Shown: positions 28,339 through 38,057 of the stretch, piece by piece
Layout of the letters: the number at the start of each line of letters is the position of its first letter
Position numbering within the stretch: position 1 is the first letter of the stretch
Assembly (NCBI GenBank): GCA_044869805.1
Contig: JBIOXV010000172.1
Coordinates: 14,715 to 78,714, forward strand
Direction of reading: 5' to 3'
DNA length: 64,000 bases
DNA from: Thermoanaerobaculia bacterium
Lineage (GTDB): Bacteria > Acidobacteriota > Thermoanaerobaculia > Multivoradales > SZUA-115
The notes under the pieces: generated by a model
The model's database searches: none
What the model saw: the letters and a program-made list of their open reading frames with translations, nothing else
Told to the model about the DNA's origin: nothing
Made by a program: the position numbers and the translations under genes

Positions 28339-30822
28339 TCAGTCTCCGCGCAGTGCCTCGAGAGGGCTCGAGCCCGCCGCCTGCCGCGCCGGGAGGAGGC
28401 TCGCCAGCAGGGCCACGGCGGCGACCAGAAGCGCCACCGCGGCGAGCGTCGGGGCGTCGGTGGGGCTGATCCCGTAGAGCAGAGCCGCGAGCGCGCGGCT
28501 GGTGGCCACGGCCAGGGCGAGCCCGGCGCCGATGCCGGCCAGAGCGAGGCCCATCCCCTGGCGCAGCACGAGGCGCAGGATGTCGCCGCGGGCTGCTCCC
28601 ACCGCCATGCGGACGCCGATCTCCCGCCGGCGCTGGCCGGCGGTATAGAGCATGAGGCCGTAGATCCCGAGCGCCGCGAGCCCCAAGCCGATGAAGCCGA
28701 GGACGGAGAACAGGACCGCCGCCATGCGAGGCAGGAAAAGGGTGAGCCCGAGGGTGTCCTCGAGAGTCTCGAGGCGGGCGAGCGCTACCTGGGCATCGAC
28801 CTCGTGGATCGCCGTGCGCAGACCGCCGAGCGCCGCCCGCGCCTCGCCATGAGTCCTTGCCACGAGCGTCTCCGAGCCGGTGGTGATCTCGCCGCTCTCG
28901 CCCAGATCGCTCCATCGGCCCTGGTCCAGGGCACGCCAGAGAAACGGTCGGGGAGCCTCGCCGAGGGTGCGGTACTTGCCGTCCCGCACCACGCCCACCA
29001 CCTCGTAGATAGCGCCGTAGGGTGCGCCCCCATCGGCCATCCGCAGCCGCTGCCCCAGCGCCTCTCCCTGCGGCCAGAAGCGTGCCGCGAAGCTCTGGTT
29101 GACCACCGCCACGAGAGGTGCGCCCTCACGGTCGCCGGCCTCGAAGCCACGCCCGCGAAGCACCGGGGTGCGCAGGGTCTCGAAGTAACCGGGGCTCACC
29201 AGGGCGCTGTCCACGGCGGGCCACGCTCCGGCCGGCGGCTCGTCCGGCACCGCCGCTACGCGGTCGTAGCGGATCTCGACGGTGAGCGGCAAGTGGCTCG
29301 CCAGAGCCACGGACTCGATGCCGGGAAGCGAACGCACCCCCTCCGTGAGGCGCGCGAAGAAGTCCTCGGTTTCGGCGCGCGAGAAACCCTGCAGGCGGGG
29401 GGCGACGGTGGCGACGACGACCCCCGAGGGCTCGAAGCCGGGGTCCACGCGATGCGCGTTGGCGAGGCTGCGCGCCGCCAGCCCGGCGTCTACCAGGAGC
29501 ACCAGCGACAGCCCCACCTGCGCCACCACCAGCAGGCCGCCGAGCCGGCGCTGGACACGGCCGCCGGCGCTCGCCCCGCTGCGCAGCATGGTCGCGAGGT
29601 CGCCGCGGGCTGCCGTCCAGGAAGGCGCCAGGCCAAAGAGGAGGGTCGACAGGATCGAGGCAGCCAGGGTGAAGAGCAGGACCCGCCCGTCCAGAGCGAG
29701 ATCGAGCGCGAGGTCCACCGGCACCGGCAAGCGGAGCGCGGTGAAGGCGCGGTTCGAGGTCCAGGCCAGGCCCAGCCCGAGGCCACCGCCGAGGATCGCC
29801 AGCAGCAGGCTCTCGGCCAGGAGCTGGCGCGCCACGGCTGCCGTGCCGGCACCCAGGGCCCGGCGGGTGGCGATCTCGCGCCGCCGCGACAGAGCGCGGG
29901 CCAGGACGAGGTTGGCGACGTTGGTGCTGGCGATCAGCAGCACCAGGCCGATCACCCCCATGACGACGCTCGAGGCGGCGCCCAGCCTGGCGTCGACGCC
30001 GGGCAGGATGCGCACCCGGCTGGCCGGCACGGCCAGGAGCCCGCCTGCCGAACCGGGCGGCTGCTCGCCGATACGCGGCGCGAGGGCCGCGAGCTCGCCC
30101 GTGACCTCCGCCCAGGTCACGCCCGGCTCCCGCCGGCCCATCGCCCACAGCCAGCGGAGCTGGCGGCCGCCTCGCGGCGCACGCCCGGCGCCGGCGAGGT
30201 CGAGCCGTACCCAGACCTCGGGCGCCGCTGCCCGCGCGAGGCCGAAGAACCCGGGAGGAGCGACGCCGACCACCGTGTGGACCTTGCCGTTGAGGCGGAC
30301 AGTCTGGCCCAGGACCCGCGGATCGGCGCCGAACCGCCGCCTCCAGGCGAGGTAGCTCAGCACCGCCTCGTCCCCAGGAGCGCTCTCCGCCGCGCCGGCC
30401 GCCGACTCGGCACCGAAGAAACGGCCCAGGGCAGGCTCCAGCCCGAGCGTCGAGAAGTAGCCGGCGGTGGCCCGCACGCCGAGGACGAGCCGGCTCTCCT
30501 CGCCGCGCTCCAGGGCCATGGGCGCATAGCAGTAGGCGAAGAGGGCGCCGAGCCCCCGCACCGCGCCGCCGAGGTCCAGATACTCGGCCGTCGACAGCGG
30601 CGACGCGGCCATGAGCTCGCCCGGCGACGCGGTGTAGATCGCCACCAGCTCCTCCGGTGCCACCACCGGCAGCGGCCGGAAGAGCGTGGCGTTGACCAGA
30701 CTGAAGACCGCGGCGTTGAGCCCGATGCCGAGCGCCAGGATGGCCACCGCCGCCGCGGCAAAGCCAGGGCTCGCACGGAGCTGGCGGACGGCGCAGCGCA
30801 GGTCGTGTGCGAGGAGGGTCAT
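28339..30822 (-). CDS. ADOP-family duplicated FtsX/MacB-like ABC permease (orphan; no adjacent ATPase)
   Basis: 827 aa. The N-terminus MTLLAHDLRCAVRQLRASPGF is typical of ADOP. There are two FtsX-like four-TM modules, each preceded by a MacB-like periplasmic domain. Confidence 0.8.
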   Translation of the reverse strand: MTLLAHDLRCAVRQLRASPGFAAAAVAILALGIGLNAAVFSLVNATLFRPLPVVAPEELVAIYTASPGELMAASPLSTAEYLDLGGAVRGLGALFAYCYAPMALERGEESRLVLGVRATAGYFSTLGLEPALGRFFGAESAAGAAESAPGDEAVLSYLAWRRRFGADPRVLGQTVRLNGKVHTVVGVAPPGFFGLARAAAPEVWVRLDLAGAGRAPRGGRQLRWLWAMGRREPGVTWAEVTGELAALAPRIGEQPPGSAGGLLAVPASRVRILPGVDARLGAASSVVMGVIGLVLLIASTNVANLVLARALSRRREIATRRALGAGTAAVARQLLAESLLLAILGGGLGLGLAWTSNRAFTALRLPVPVDLALDLALDGRVLLFTLAASILSTLLFGLAPSWTAARGDLATMLRSGASAGGRVQRRLGGLLVVAQVGLSLVLLVDAGLAARSLANAHRVDPGFEPSGVVVATVAPRLQGFSRAETEDFFARLTEGVRSLPGIESVALASHLPLTVEIRYDRVAAVPDEPPAGAWPAVDSALVSPGYFETLRTPVLRGRGFEAGDREGAPLVAVVNQSFAARFWPQGEALGQRLRMADGGAPYGAIYEVVGVVRDGKYRTLGEAPRPFLWRALDQGRWSDLGESGEITTGSETLVARTHGEARAALGGLRTAIHEVDAQVALARLETLEDTLGLTLFLPRMAAVLFSVLGFIGLGLAALGIYGLMLYTAGQRRREIGVRMAVGAARGDILRLVLRQGMGLALAGIGAGLALAVATSRALAALLYGISPTDAPTLAAVALLVAAVALLASLLPARQAAGSSPLEALRGD

Positions 30823-30871
30823 CGCGGATGCGCCCCCGCGGCAGGGGCAGTGGCCTGAGCTCAGCGCGCCC

Positions 30872-31594
30872 TCAGGCGAGGGCGTGGAAGACCTTCTGCA
30901 CGTCGTCGTCCTGCTCCAGCCGGTCGACCAGCTTCAGCACCTCGGTCGCCTTGTCCTCGGGCAGCTCGACGGGAGTCTGCGGGACGTACTCGGACTCCGC
31001 CGAGAGCGGCGTGATGCCGCGGTCCTCGAGGCCCTTCTGCAGATGGCCGAAGTCGGCGAAGGCACAGCGCAGCACGAGCTGCGGCTCGCCCTTTTCGCCC
31101 GTCGACTCGCCCAGCTCCTCGAGCCCGTGGTCGATCAGCTCGAGCTCCAGCTCCTCGGCGTCGAGGCCGGCCGGGTTCAAGCGGAAGGCTCCCATGCGCT
31201 TGAACAGGAAGCTCACGCTGCCGCTGTTGCCGAGGTTGCCGTTCCCCTTGTTGAAGTGCATCCGCAGGTTGGAGACGGTGCGCGTCGGGTTGTCGGTGGC
31301 GGTCTCGACCAGGATGGGAACGCCGTGGGGGCCGTAGCCCTCGTAGAGGACCTCCTGGTAGTTCTCCGCTTCCTTGCCCGCGGCGCGCTTGATCGCCGCC
31401 TCGACCTTGTCTTTCGGCATGTTGACGGCGCGCGCGTTCTGCACCACGCGCCGCAGCATGGGGTTCGCGGCCGGGTCAGGGCCGCCCGCCTTGACGGCGA
31501 TGGTGATGTCCTTGCCGATCCTGGCGAACTGCTTCGCCATGCGGTCCCAGCGGGCGAACATCACGTGCTTGCGGGTTTCGAAGATACGTCCCAT
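30872..31594 (-). CDS. yebC: YebC/PmpR family DNA-binding transcriptional regulator
   Basis: 240 aa; [23 protein letters not shown]...HALA is full length for YebC. The upstream 283 aa of the track ORF is a spurious extension. Confidence 0.85.
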   Translation of the reverse strand: MGRIFETRKHVMFARWDRMAKQFARIGKDITIAVKAGGPDPAANPMLRRVVQNARAVNMPKDKVEAAIKRAAGKEAENYQEVLYEGYGPHGVPILVETATDNPTRTVSNLRMHFNKGNGNLGNSGSVSFLFKRMGAFRLNPAGLDAEELELELIDHGLEELGESTGEKGEPQLVLRCAFADFGHLQKGLEDRGITPLSAESEYVPQTPVELPEDKATEVLKLVDRLEQDDDVQKVFHALA

Positions 31595-31695
31595 GGTCTG
31601 TCCGCGGAGATGGAGGTCCAGGAAGTCCAGAGTGGAGCCGCCCGGGAGCGCCGGGCTGCGGTTTGAAGGCGACGGGCCTTTGTTGCGGGCCGAAT

Positions 31696-32772
31696 CTAGC
31701 TTGAGGGCGGAGGTGGAGTAAAGGGTTCGCCCTCGGCGCCCAGCTCCCGCCGCCGGGCCTCGGCCGGCAGCTCGGCGAGGCGACGCACCCGGGCGAAGAA
31801 GCGACCGAGGTCGCCGGCCTCGCTCGAGAGCAGGGCCTCGAAGCCGGGCACCAGCTCGTGATAAGCGCTGAACGAGGCGAGCCGAGCGTTGTTGAGGCCG
31901 CTCTCGAACCATCCCGCGTACGGCGATCTGCCCCACTCCGCGGCCTTCCGCAGGTGCTCCGCCCTGAGCTCGGCCAGCACCTCCGCCTTGCGGCGGCGTT
32001 TCCAGTCGTCGGCTTCGGCCGCGGCGTAGACGGCGGCCAGCCGCAGTCGCGCCCCCGCCACCAGGCGGGCGACCTCGGCCTCGTGGGACCGCCCGGCACG
32101 GTAGGCCGCGACCTCTTCGCCCCGCCCCCGGGCGGCGAGCCAGCGCTCCACCCCCGCCTGCTCCACGGCGGTGGCGAAGGACTCGTTGAAGGCGGTGTCG
32201 TCGCGCACGTAGACCACCTGGTGCGCGAGCTCGTGGAAGAGCAGGCCGGCGAGGTCGGCATCGGGCAGGGCGAGGAAGGTGTTGAGCACCGGGTCGTCGA
32301 GCCAGCCCAGAGTCGAGAAGGCTGCCACGCCGCCGATATCCACGTCGTGGCCCTGATCGCGCCAGCGCGCCGCGAAGCGCTCGGCCGCCTGGCGCGAGAA
32401 GTAGCCGCGGTAGGTCACGCAGCCGGCGATGGGGAAGCACCACTGCCGCGGCTCGAGCGCCAGCTCCGGCGCCACCACCACCGTCCAGGTCGAGTAGGGT
32501 CGGCCGAGGTCGGCGTAGGAACGGTAGCTGCCGTTGTCCGGCAGCGCCAGCGCCTCGACCGCGAACTCCCGCATCTCCTGCACCACCTGGAGCCGGCCGC
32601 GCAGCTCGGCGTCGACGGCGGGGTCGGCGAGCAGGCGCGCGATCGAGCGCCGCTTGCAGACGATCTCCAGGCCGCCTCGCACCGCCTGCGCGTAGTAGCC
32701 CACGCTGCTGCAGGCGCCGGCCAGGCCGAGGCAGGCGGCGACCACCAGGACGCGGGCGAAGCGTCGGCGCAC
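31696..32772 (-). CDS. Predicted aminopeptidase lipoprotein (DUF2265-like, HExxH)
   Basis: Lipoprotein signal (LAGACSS) and an HELAHQ zinc motif are present. Length and flanking residues fit the DUF2265 predicted-aminopeptidase family. Confidence 0.6.
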   Translation of the reverse strand: MRRRFARVLVVAACLGLAGACSSVGYYAQAVRGGLEIVCKRRSIARLLADPAVDAELRGRLQVVQEMREFAVEALALPDNGSYRSYADLGRPYSTWTVVVAPELALEPRQWCFPIAGCVTYRGYFSRQAAERFAARWRDQGHDVDIGGVAAFSTLGWLDDPVLNTFLALPDADLAGLLFHELAHQVVYVRDDTAFNESFATAVEQAGVERWLAARGRGEEVAAYRAGRSHEAEVARLVAGARLRLAAVYAAAEADDWKRRRKAEVLAELRAEHLRKAAEWGRSPYAGWFESGLNNARLASFSAYHELVPGFEALLSSEAGDLGRFFARVRRLAELPAEARRRELGAEGEPFTPPPPSS

Positions 32773-32902
32773 GTGGCCGACTCTATCCGCAGCGGGCCTA
32801 CCAACACGGCCGGGACAAGCCCGGCCGCTTCGTCCGGAAGGGGCACGGCTCCGGGGTAGCGGCCGGACCTGTGCCGGCCTTCCTGCACCTCCAGGCCGGC
32901 CT

Positions 32903-33655
32903 TCAGTCAGGCCGGAACAGCTCCGCGGGTGCGTGGACCAACCCGGCGGCGCTCGTCCCCGGATGGCTCGCCAGGTATTCCTCGACCAGCCGGAAGCCCA
33001 GCGCGTAGCCGGTCCAGCGCGGCAGGGCCGGGTCGGTGCCGAAGAACCAGGCGCCGAAGTCGAAGGTCGTGGAGTCGAAGAGCGGCCGCGCCTGGGCCAT
33101 GTAGTGCGGGATCGAGGCTTCGGAGAGGGCGCTGGACCACGGCGGGATCGGTGCGCCCAGGAGCTCCACCGCGAAATGGTCCGCCATTCCCTCGGAGATC
33201 ATGGCCTCGAGCAGCGTCACCCCGTAGCCCGGGCCTCGCCAACGCGCTGCATGGTGCAGCTCGTGGGCGGCGAGCGGCGGCAGGCGATCGGGCAGCACCT
33301 GGGCCAGCGCCGGGAAGGCTGGGTCGGCCACGATCTCGATGGTGAAGGCATTGGGCGTGTAACCGCCGAGACCGTAGCCGGGGATGGAGCGCGCCCGGTC
33401 CGGCGACACCAGGAAGGTGACGCCCCCGACCGGGATCGCCCTCGCGGCGGTCTCGAAGGTGGAGATCAGAAGACCCCGGATCGCCGGCTCGACCGCCGCG
33501 AGCTGGCCGTTGGGGTCGACGACGACGATCGAGCTAGAGCCCGGCGGGTCGCCTGGCTCGGAGGGCGAGCGGCGGTCGCAGGCCGCGGCGGCGAGCCAGA
33601 CGCCGGTGATCCAAAGGGCGGCGAGCGAGGCGAAGGCGGGAGCGCGGCGCTGCAT
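32903..33655 (-). CDS. Putative zinc-dependent protease lipoprotein (HExxH; DUF2268-like)
   Basis: Signal peptide with Cys (LAAAACD) and an HELHHAARW motif. The family assignment is tentative. Confidence 0.45.
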   Translation of the reverse strand: MQRRAPAFASLAALWITGVWLAAAACDRRSPSEPGDPPGSSSIVVVDPNGQLAAVEPAIRGLLISTFETAARAIPVGGVTFLVSPDRARSIPGYGLGGYTPNAFTIEIVADPAFPALAQVLPDRLPPLAAHELHHAARWRGPGYGVTLLEAMISEGMADHFAVELLGAPIPPWSSALSEASIPHYMAQARPLFDSTTFDFGAWFFGTDPALPRWTGYALGFRLVEEYLASHPGTSAAGLVHAPAELFRPD

Positions 33656-33782
33656 ACGGGCCCTCCTTCGGAAAAACGGCGGTCGATCTGGTAAGCGACG
33701 CTTGCAAGTCCTCTGCCGCCGGGTGCTAGCCTGCGCTCCTACTCATGCCCCCCTACCCATGCGTCTCGAGAAGGAGCTCCCG

Positions 33783-35219
33783 ATGAAGGCGCCAGCCGCC
33801 GCCCGGCTCATCGCCGCGGCCTGCTTCCTCTGTTCTTCGGCCCTCGCCGCCGACGGCCCCCCGGCCGCCGCCGCCACTGCGCCGCCGCGCACTCTGCGGC
33901 TCGACTACGTACACGCGGGCAACGCCGGCGAGGAGCGTTTCGCGCTTGAGCGCGTGGTGCTCGAGCCGCTCGCCTGGCCGGGCAATCCCCGCCGGCCGTT
34001 CGACGACACCAACCTCGGCCCCTATCGCTTCGAGGTGATCGACGGCGAGACTGGCCGCCCTCTCTACTCGCGCGGCTTCGCCTCGATCTTCGGCGAGTGG
34101 CAGACCACGGCCGAGGCCAAGGAGCTGTGGCGGGCGTTCTCCGAGTCGGTGCGCTTCCCGGCGCCCGAGAAGCCGGTGCGGATGATCCTCAAGAAGCGCG
34201 ATGCCGGCCAGGCCTTCGTCGAGGTGGCGAGCTTCGCGATCGATCCCGCGAGCCCGTTCATCGACCGCTCGGCGCCGCCGGCCCCGGGGCCGGTGCTCGA
34301 GATCCAGAAGAGCGGCGACCCGGCCGGCAAGGTGGACCTGCTGCTGCTCGGCGACGGCTACACGACGGCCGAGCAGGGCAAGTTCGAGCGCGACGCCCGC
34401 CGCCTGGCCGAGGTGCTGTTCTCGCACTCTCCGTTCAAGGAGCACCGCGGCGACTTCAACGTCTGGGCGCTGGCGCCGGCCGCGGCCGAGAGCGGCGTCT
34501 CGCGCCCCTCGACCGGCGTCCACCTGCGCTCGCCGCTCGGCGCCACCTACGACGCCTTCGGCTCCGAGCGCTACGTGCTCTCCTTCGACAACCGCGCCTT
34601 CCGCGACGTCGCCGCCTTCGCGCCCCACGACTTCGTGGAGATCCTGGTCAACGGCGCCACCTACGGCGGCGGCGGCATCTTCCAGCTCTACGGCACGGTG
34701 GCGGCCGACAGCGCCTGGGCGCCCTACATCTTCGTGCACGAGTTCGGGCACCACTTCGCCGCCCTGGCGGACGAGTACTACACCTCGCCCGTGGCCTACG
34801 AGCCGAAGGGGGACACGGCGCGCGTCGAGCCCTGGGAGAAGAACGTCACGGCCGACCCCCGGGCCGCGAAGTGGAGCGATCTCGCGAGCCCCGGCGTGCC
34901 GCTCGCCACGCCGTGGCGGAAGGCCGAGTTCGAGGCCTTCCAGCGCGACGTCCAGGCCCGGCGCCGGGCGATCCGCGCCGCGCGCCGGCCGGAGGCCGAG
35001 ATGGACGCCCTGTTCCGCGAGGAGCAGGCCCACGCCACCCGCCTGCTGGGCAGCGACGAGCACTCCGGCAAGGTGGGCGCCTTCGAAGGCGCCTCCTACG
35101 AGGCGCAGGGCCTCTACCGGCCGCAGGAGGACTGCACCATGTTCACCCGCGACGAGGTGGGCTTCTGCGCCGTGTGCCGGCGGGCGATCGAAGAGGTGAT
35201 CGACCTGTACACGAAGTAG
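33783..35219 (+). CDS. Peptidase M64 family zinc metalloprotease (IgA-peptidase-like)
   Basis: HEFGHHFAALADEYY is the M64 zinc site. A signal peptide is present, with an N-terminal M64_N-like domain. A good Shine-Dalgarno (AAGGAG) precedes the ATG at 33783; an alternative ATG lies at 33759. Confidence 0.75.
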   Translation: MKAPAAARLIAAACFLCSSALAADGPPAAAATAPPRTLRLDYVHAGNAGEERFALERVVLEPLAWPGNPRRPFDDTNLGPYRFEVIDGETGRPLYSRGFASIFGEWQTTAEAKELWRAFSESVRFPAPEKPVRMILKKRDAGQAFVEVASFAIDPASPFIDRSAPPAPGPVLEIQKSGDPAGKVDLLLLGDGYTTAEQGKFERDARRLAEVLFSHSPFKEHRGDFNVWALAPAAAESGVSRPSTGVHLRSPLGATYDAFGSERYVLSFDNRAFRDVAAFAPHDFVEILVNGATYGGGGIFQLYGTVAADSAWAPYIFVHEFGHHFAALADEYYTSPVAYEPKGDTARVEPWEKNVTADPRAAKWSDLASPGVPLATPWRKAEFEAFQRDVQARRRAIRAARRPEAEMDALFREEQAHATRLLGSDEHSGKVGAFEGASYEAQGLYRPQEDCTMFTRDEVGFCAVCRRAIEEVIDLYTK

Positions 35220-36232
35220 GGCACGGGGCCACGCCTACAGCCTTCGGGCCGGCCGTCGGCCTCGACGCGCAGGTAGAGCTGGTGCAGCATCTCGACCACT
35301 CGCTCGAAGCGCCGCTGGGCCTCGCCGTGGGTGTCACGGGTCAGGCCGGCGAACTGTCGCGCCTGGAGGCTCCGCCCGCGACCGAGCACCTCGAGCGCCA
35401 GGTCGACGTAGCGAGCGGCGTAGAGGTTGCCCGGCAGGTCGGCGACTTCCTCCTCGGCTAGGCGGCGGGCGAGCTCCGAGATATCGGTGGCCGAGAGCGC
35501 CAGCACCCGTGCCTCGGCTCCGTCCGCCGGCGAGGCCTGCGCCGTGGCCCGGCCCGCCTCCAGGCGCAGCAGCCAGCCTCCCTCGCCCTGCTCCGGCCGT
35601 TCGGCTTCCTCGAGGAGCTGCAGCACCACGGTCTCGCCCGCCAGGCGGCCGTCGGCGACCTTCGCTAGCCCCTCGGCGAGGCTGGCGGCACGCTCACCCT
35701 CGGCGCCGGCGCCCGCGACGGCCGCGAGGACCTCCTCCGCCAGCTCGCGGAGGGCCGCCGATTGGCGACCGCCGGCGAGCTGGAACACCTGCTTCTCGAC
35801 GCCGTCGAGGCGCAGCTTGACCCTGCAGACGAGCTCCAGTGCCAGGGACGGCTCGCCGGGAGCCGGGTCGTCCCGGCCGCCGTAGCGCTCGGCGAGGGAG
35901 GCGAAGCCTTGCTGGCGGAAGGCCTCCAGCAGCAGGCGGATCTCACCGCGCTCGAGAGTGAGCTGGCGTTCCTGGTCCCAGATGGCGACGCCGCTGCCAA
36001 ACACAGTGACCGAGCGCATGCCGGCCTCGCCACCGCACTCCACTTCGATCTCGAGCTCGTCCCAGGACTGTTTCGACAGGGCCTGCTCGAGCGCCCGACT
36101 CAGCGGCTCGTCCACCGCCGGCGGCAGGGCCGTCGGGGAGGTCAGCGCCAAGGGGCGCAGGCGGTCGCCGCAGGCTGCCAGTAGACAGAGGGCCAAGGCA
36201 AAGGCGAGCGCCGTCCCACGGGTTCTGTTCAT
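35114..36232 (-). CDS. Hypothetical lipoprotein
   Basis: Lipobox (LLAAC) after the internal ATG at 36230-36232; the composition is Ala/Glu-rich. Its 3' end overlaps the convergent M64 gene by about 106 bp (see findings). Confidence 0.45.
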   Translation of the reverse strand: MNRTRGTALAFALALCLLAACGDRLRPLALTSPTALPPAVDEPLSRALEQALSKQSWDELEIEVECGGEAGMRSVTVFGSGVAIWDQERQLTLERGEIRLLLEAFRQQGFASLAERYGGRDDPAPGEPSLALELVCRVKLRLDGVEKQVFQLAGGRQSAALRELAEEVLAAVAGAGAEGERAASLAEGLAKVADGRLAGETVVLQLLEEAERPEQGEGGWLLRLEAGRATAQASPADGAEARVLALSATDISELARRLAEEEVADLPGNLYAARYVDLALEVLGRGRSLQARQFAGLTRDTHGEAQRRFERVVEMLHQLYLRVEADGRPEGCRRGPVPYFVYRSITSSIARRHTAQKPTSSRVNMVQSSCGR

Positions 36233-36419
36233 CCTCGCTCCGAGCCGAGTGGGTCCCGTTTGTACCACGGCCGCCTGCCGGCACACGGGCTGTCCCGGCG
36301 ACGGTGGCAGCCGGCACTCTTAGGACAGGTAATCTTCCGCCATTTTCGCCGGGATCGGCGGGCATCGCCGGCTTGCGATCGCCCGGGCGCCCCGACGAGC
36401 TTAAGTCAAGGAGGCCGTG

Positions 36420-38057
36420 ATGAGCTCAGTCCCGAACGGAGCCCGCCTCGCTGTGGCCCTCGCGCTCGTCGGAGCGCTGCCGGCCGTCCCCGCCCTCGCG
36501 GCGTCGCCCGACCATCCCGAGGTCAGCTTCGCCGTGCGGCACGACGTCTCACCGCCGCTCGCCCAGCAGCCGATCCGCCGCCCGCGGGCCGGCCAGCCCG
36601 ATCGGCAGATCCCCCTGCGCGTGCCGCTGGACTTGGCGGCCCGGTATCACCCCACCCCGCCCGCCGCGGACCCGCTGCTCGCGGTGAGCGAGACCTTCGC
36701 GGTCGCCACACCCTCTCCGATCCTCACTTTCGAGGGCCTGTCGGACGACGACAACGCCGCCGTCACCGGCGGCCGGATCGTGCCGCCGGACACCCAGGGC
36801 GACGTGGGCCTCACCCAGTACCTCCAGGCGATCAACCTGATCCTCGCCGTCTACAACAAGGCGACCGGGGCCCGCACCTTCGGCCCGGTGACGGTCGCCT
36901 CGCTGTGGGCCGGCTTCGGGGGCGAATGCGAAACCAACAACGACGGCGATCCCATCGTGCTGTACGACGACGCGGCCGACCGTTGGCTGGTGAGCCAGTT
37001 CGCGATCGCCGCCGACGGCCACCAGTGCATCGCCATCTCCACCACCAACAACCCCGCCGGCTCCTATTTCCGCTACGACTTCGTGGTCAGCCCCGACGCC
37101 TTCAACGACTATCCCAAGCTCGGCGTCTGGCCGGACGGCTACTACATGAGCGCCAACGAGTTCGAGACCAACTTCACCGGCGCCATCGCGGTGGCCTTCG
37201 AGCGCAGCAGGATGCTGCTCGGCCAGCCCGCTCAGATGGTGAAGTTCGGGCCTCTCGCCTGTGGCAGCGAGTGCTTCTTTTCCCTCCAGCCCTCTCACTT
37301 CGAGGGCGGCACGGCGCCGCCGGCCGGCGCGCCCAACACCTTCGTGATGGCCTTCGACGACGAAACCTGGGGAACCGGCTCCAACCCGGACGGCTACCGG
37401 ATCTGGGACTTCACCGTCAACTGGACGAGCCCGGGCAGCTCTAGCTTCATCGTCCGTCCACAGGTCAACGCTCCCGAGTTCGACGCCAACCTGTGCAACT
37501 TCTCGCGGAACTGCATCCGCCAGCCCTCGCCAGGCGAGCGCCTGGACCCGCTGGGTCAGTTCACTATGTTCCGGGCTCAGTACCGAAACTTCGGCACCAG
37601 CGAGCGGATCGTCCTCAACCACACGGTGGACGTGGGCAGCAACCGCGCCGGGGTGCGCTGGACCGAGCTGCGCGACAACGGCAGCGGCTGGGTGCTGCAC
37701 CAGACCGGGACCGTCGCACCCGGCTCCGATTCACGCTGGGTGGGCTCGATCGCCATGGACGGTGACGGCAACATCGCGCTCGGCTACAGCGTCTCGAGCC
37801 AGACCGTCAGGCCCTCGATCCGCTACGCCACGCGCTCGGCGGGAGACCCCTTGGGCACCATGGGCGCGGAGGTGACGCTGCAGGCCGGGGCGGGCGTACA
37901 GCGCCAGTCCTTCAACCGCTGGGGCGACTACTCGACGATGAGCGTCGACCCGGCGGACGACTGCACCTTCTGGTACACGCAGGAGTACTACGCCAACAAC
38001 GGCAGCTTCGACTTCAAGACGCGGATCGGCTCGTTCAAGGTGCCGGGCTGTAGCTGA
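36420..38057 (+). CDS. Secreted hypothetical protein, possibly beta-propeller/Asp-box-like
   Basis: A strong Shine-Dalgarno (AAGGAGG) sits 8 nt upstream and a signal peptide is present. The 545-aa ORF has native codon usage. Asp-box-like segments are visible (SIAMDGDGN; WGDYSTMS). I recognised no confident family. Confidence 0.55.
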   Translation: MSSVPNGARLAVALALVGALPAVPALAASPDHPEVSFAVRHDVSPPLAQQPIRRPRAGQPDRQIPLRVPLDLAARYHPTPPAADPLLAVSETFAVATPSPILTFEGLSDDDNAAVTGGRIVPPDTQGDVGLTQYLQAINLILAVYNKATGARTFGPVTVASLWAGFGGECETNNDGDPIVLYDDAADRWLVSQFAIAADGHQCIAISTTNNPAGSYFRYDFVVSPDAFNDYPKLGVWPDGYYMSANEFETNFTGAIAVAFERSRMLLGQPAQMVKFGPLACGSECFFSLQPSHFEGGTAPPAGAPNTFVMAFDDETWGTGSNPDGYRIWDFTVNWTSPGSSSFIVRPQVNAPEFDANLCNFSRNCIRQPSPGERLDPLGQFTMFRAQYRNFGTSERIVLNHTVDVGSNRAGVRWTELRDNGSGWVLHQTGTVAPGSDSRWVGSIAMDGDGNIALGYSVSSQTVRPSIRYATRSAGDPLGTMGAEVTLQAGAGVQRQSFNRWGDYSTMSVDPADDCTFWYTQEYYANNGSFDFKTRIGSFKVPGCS

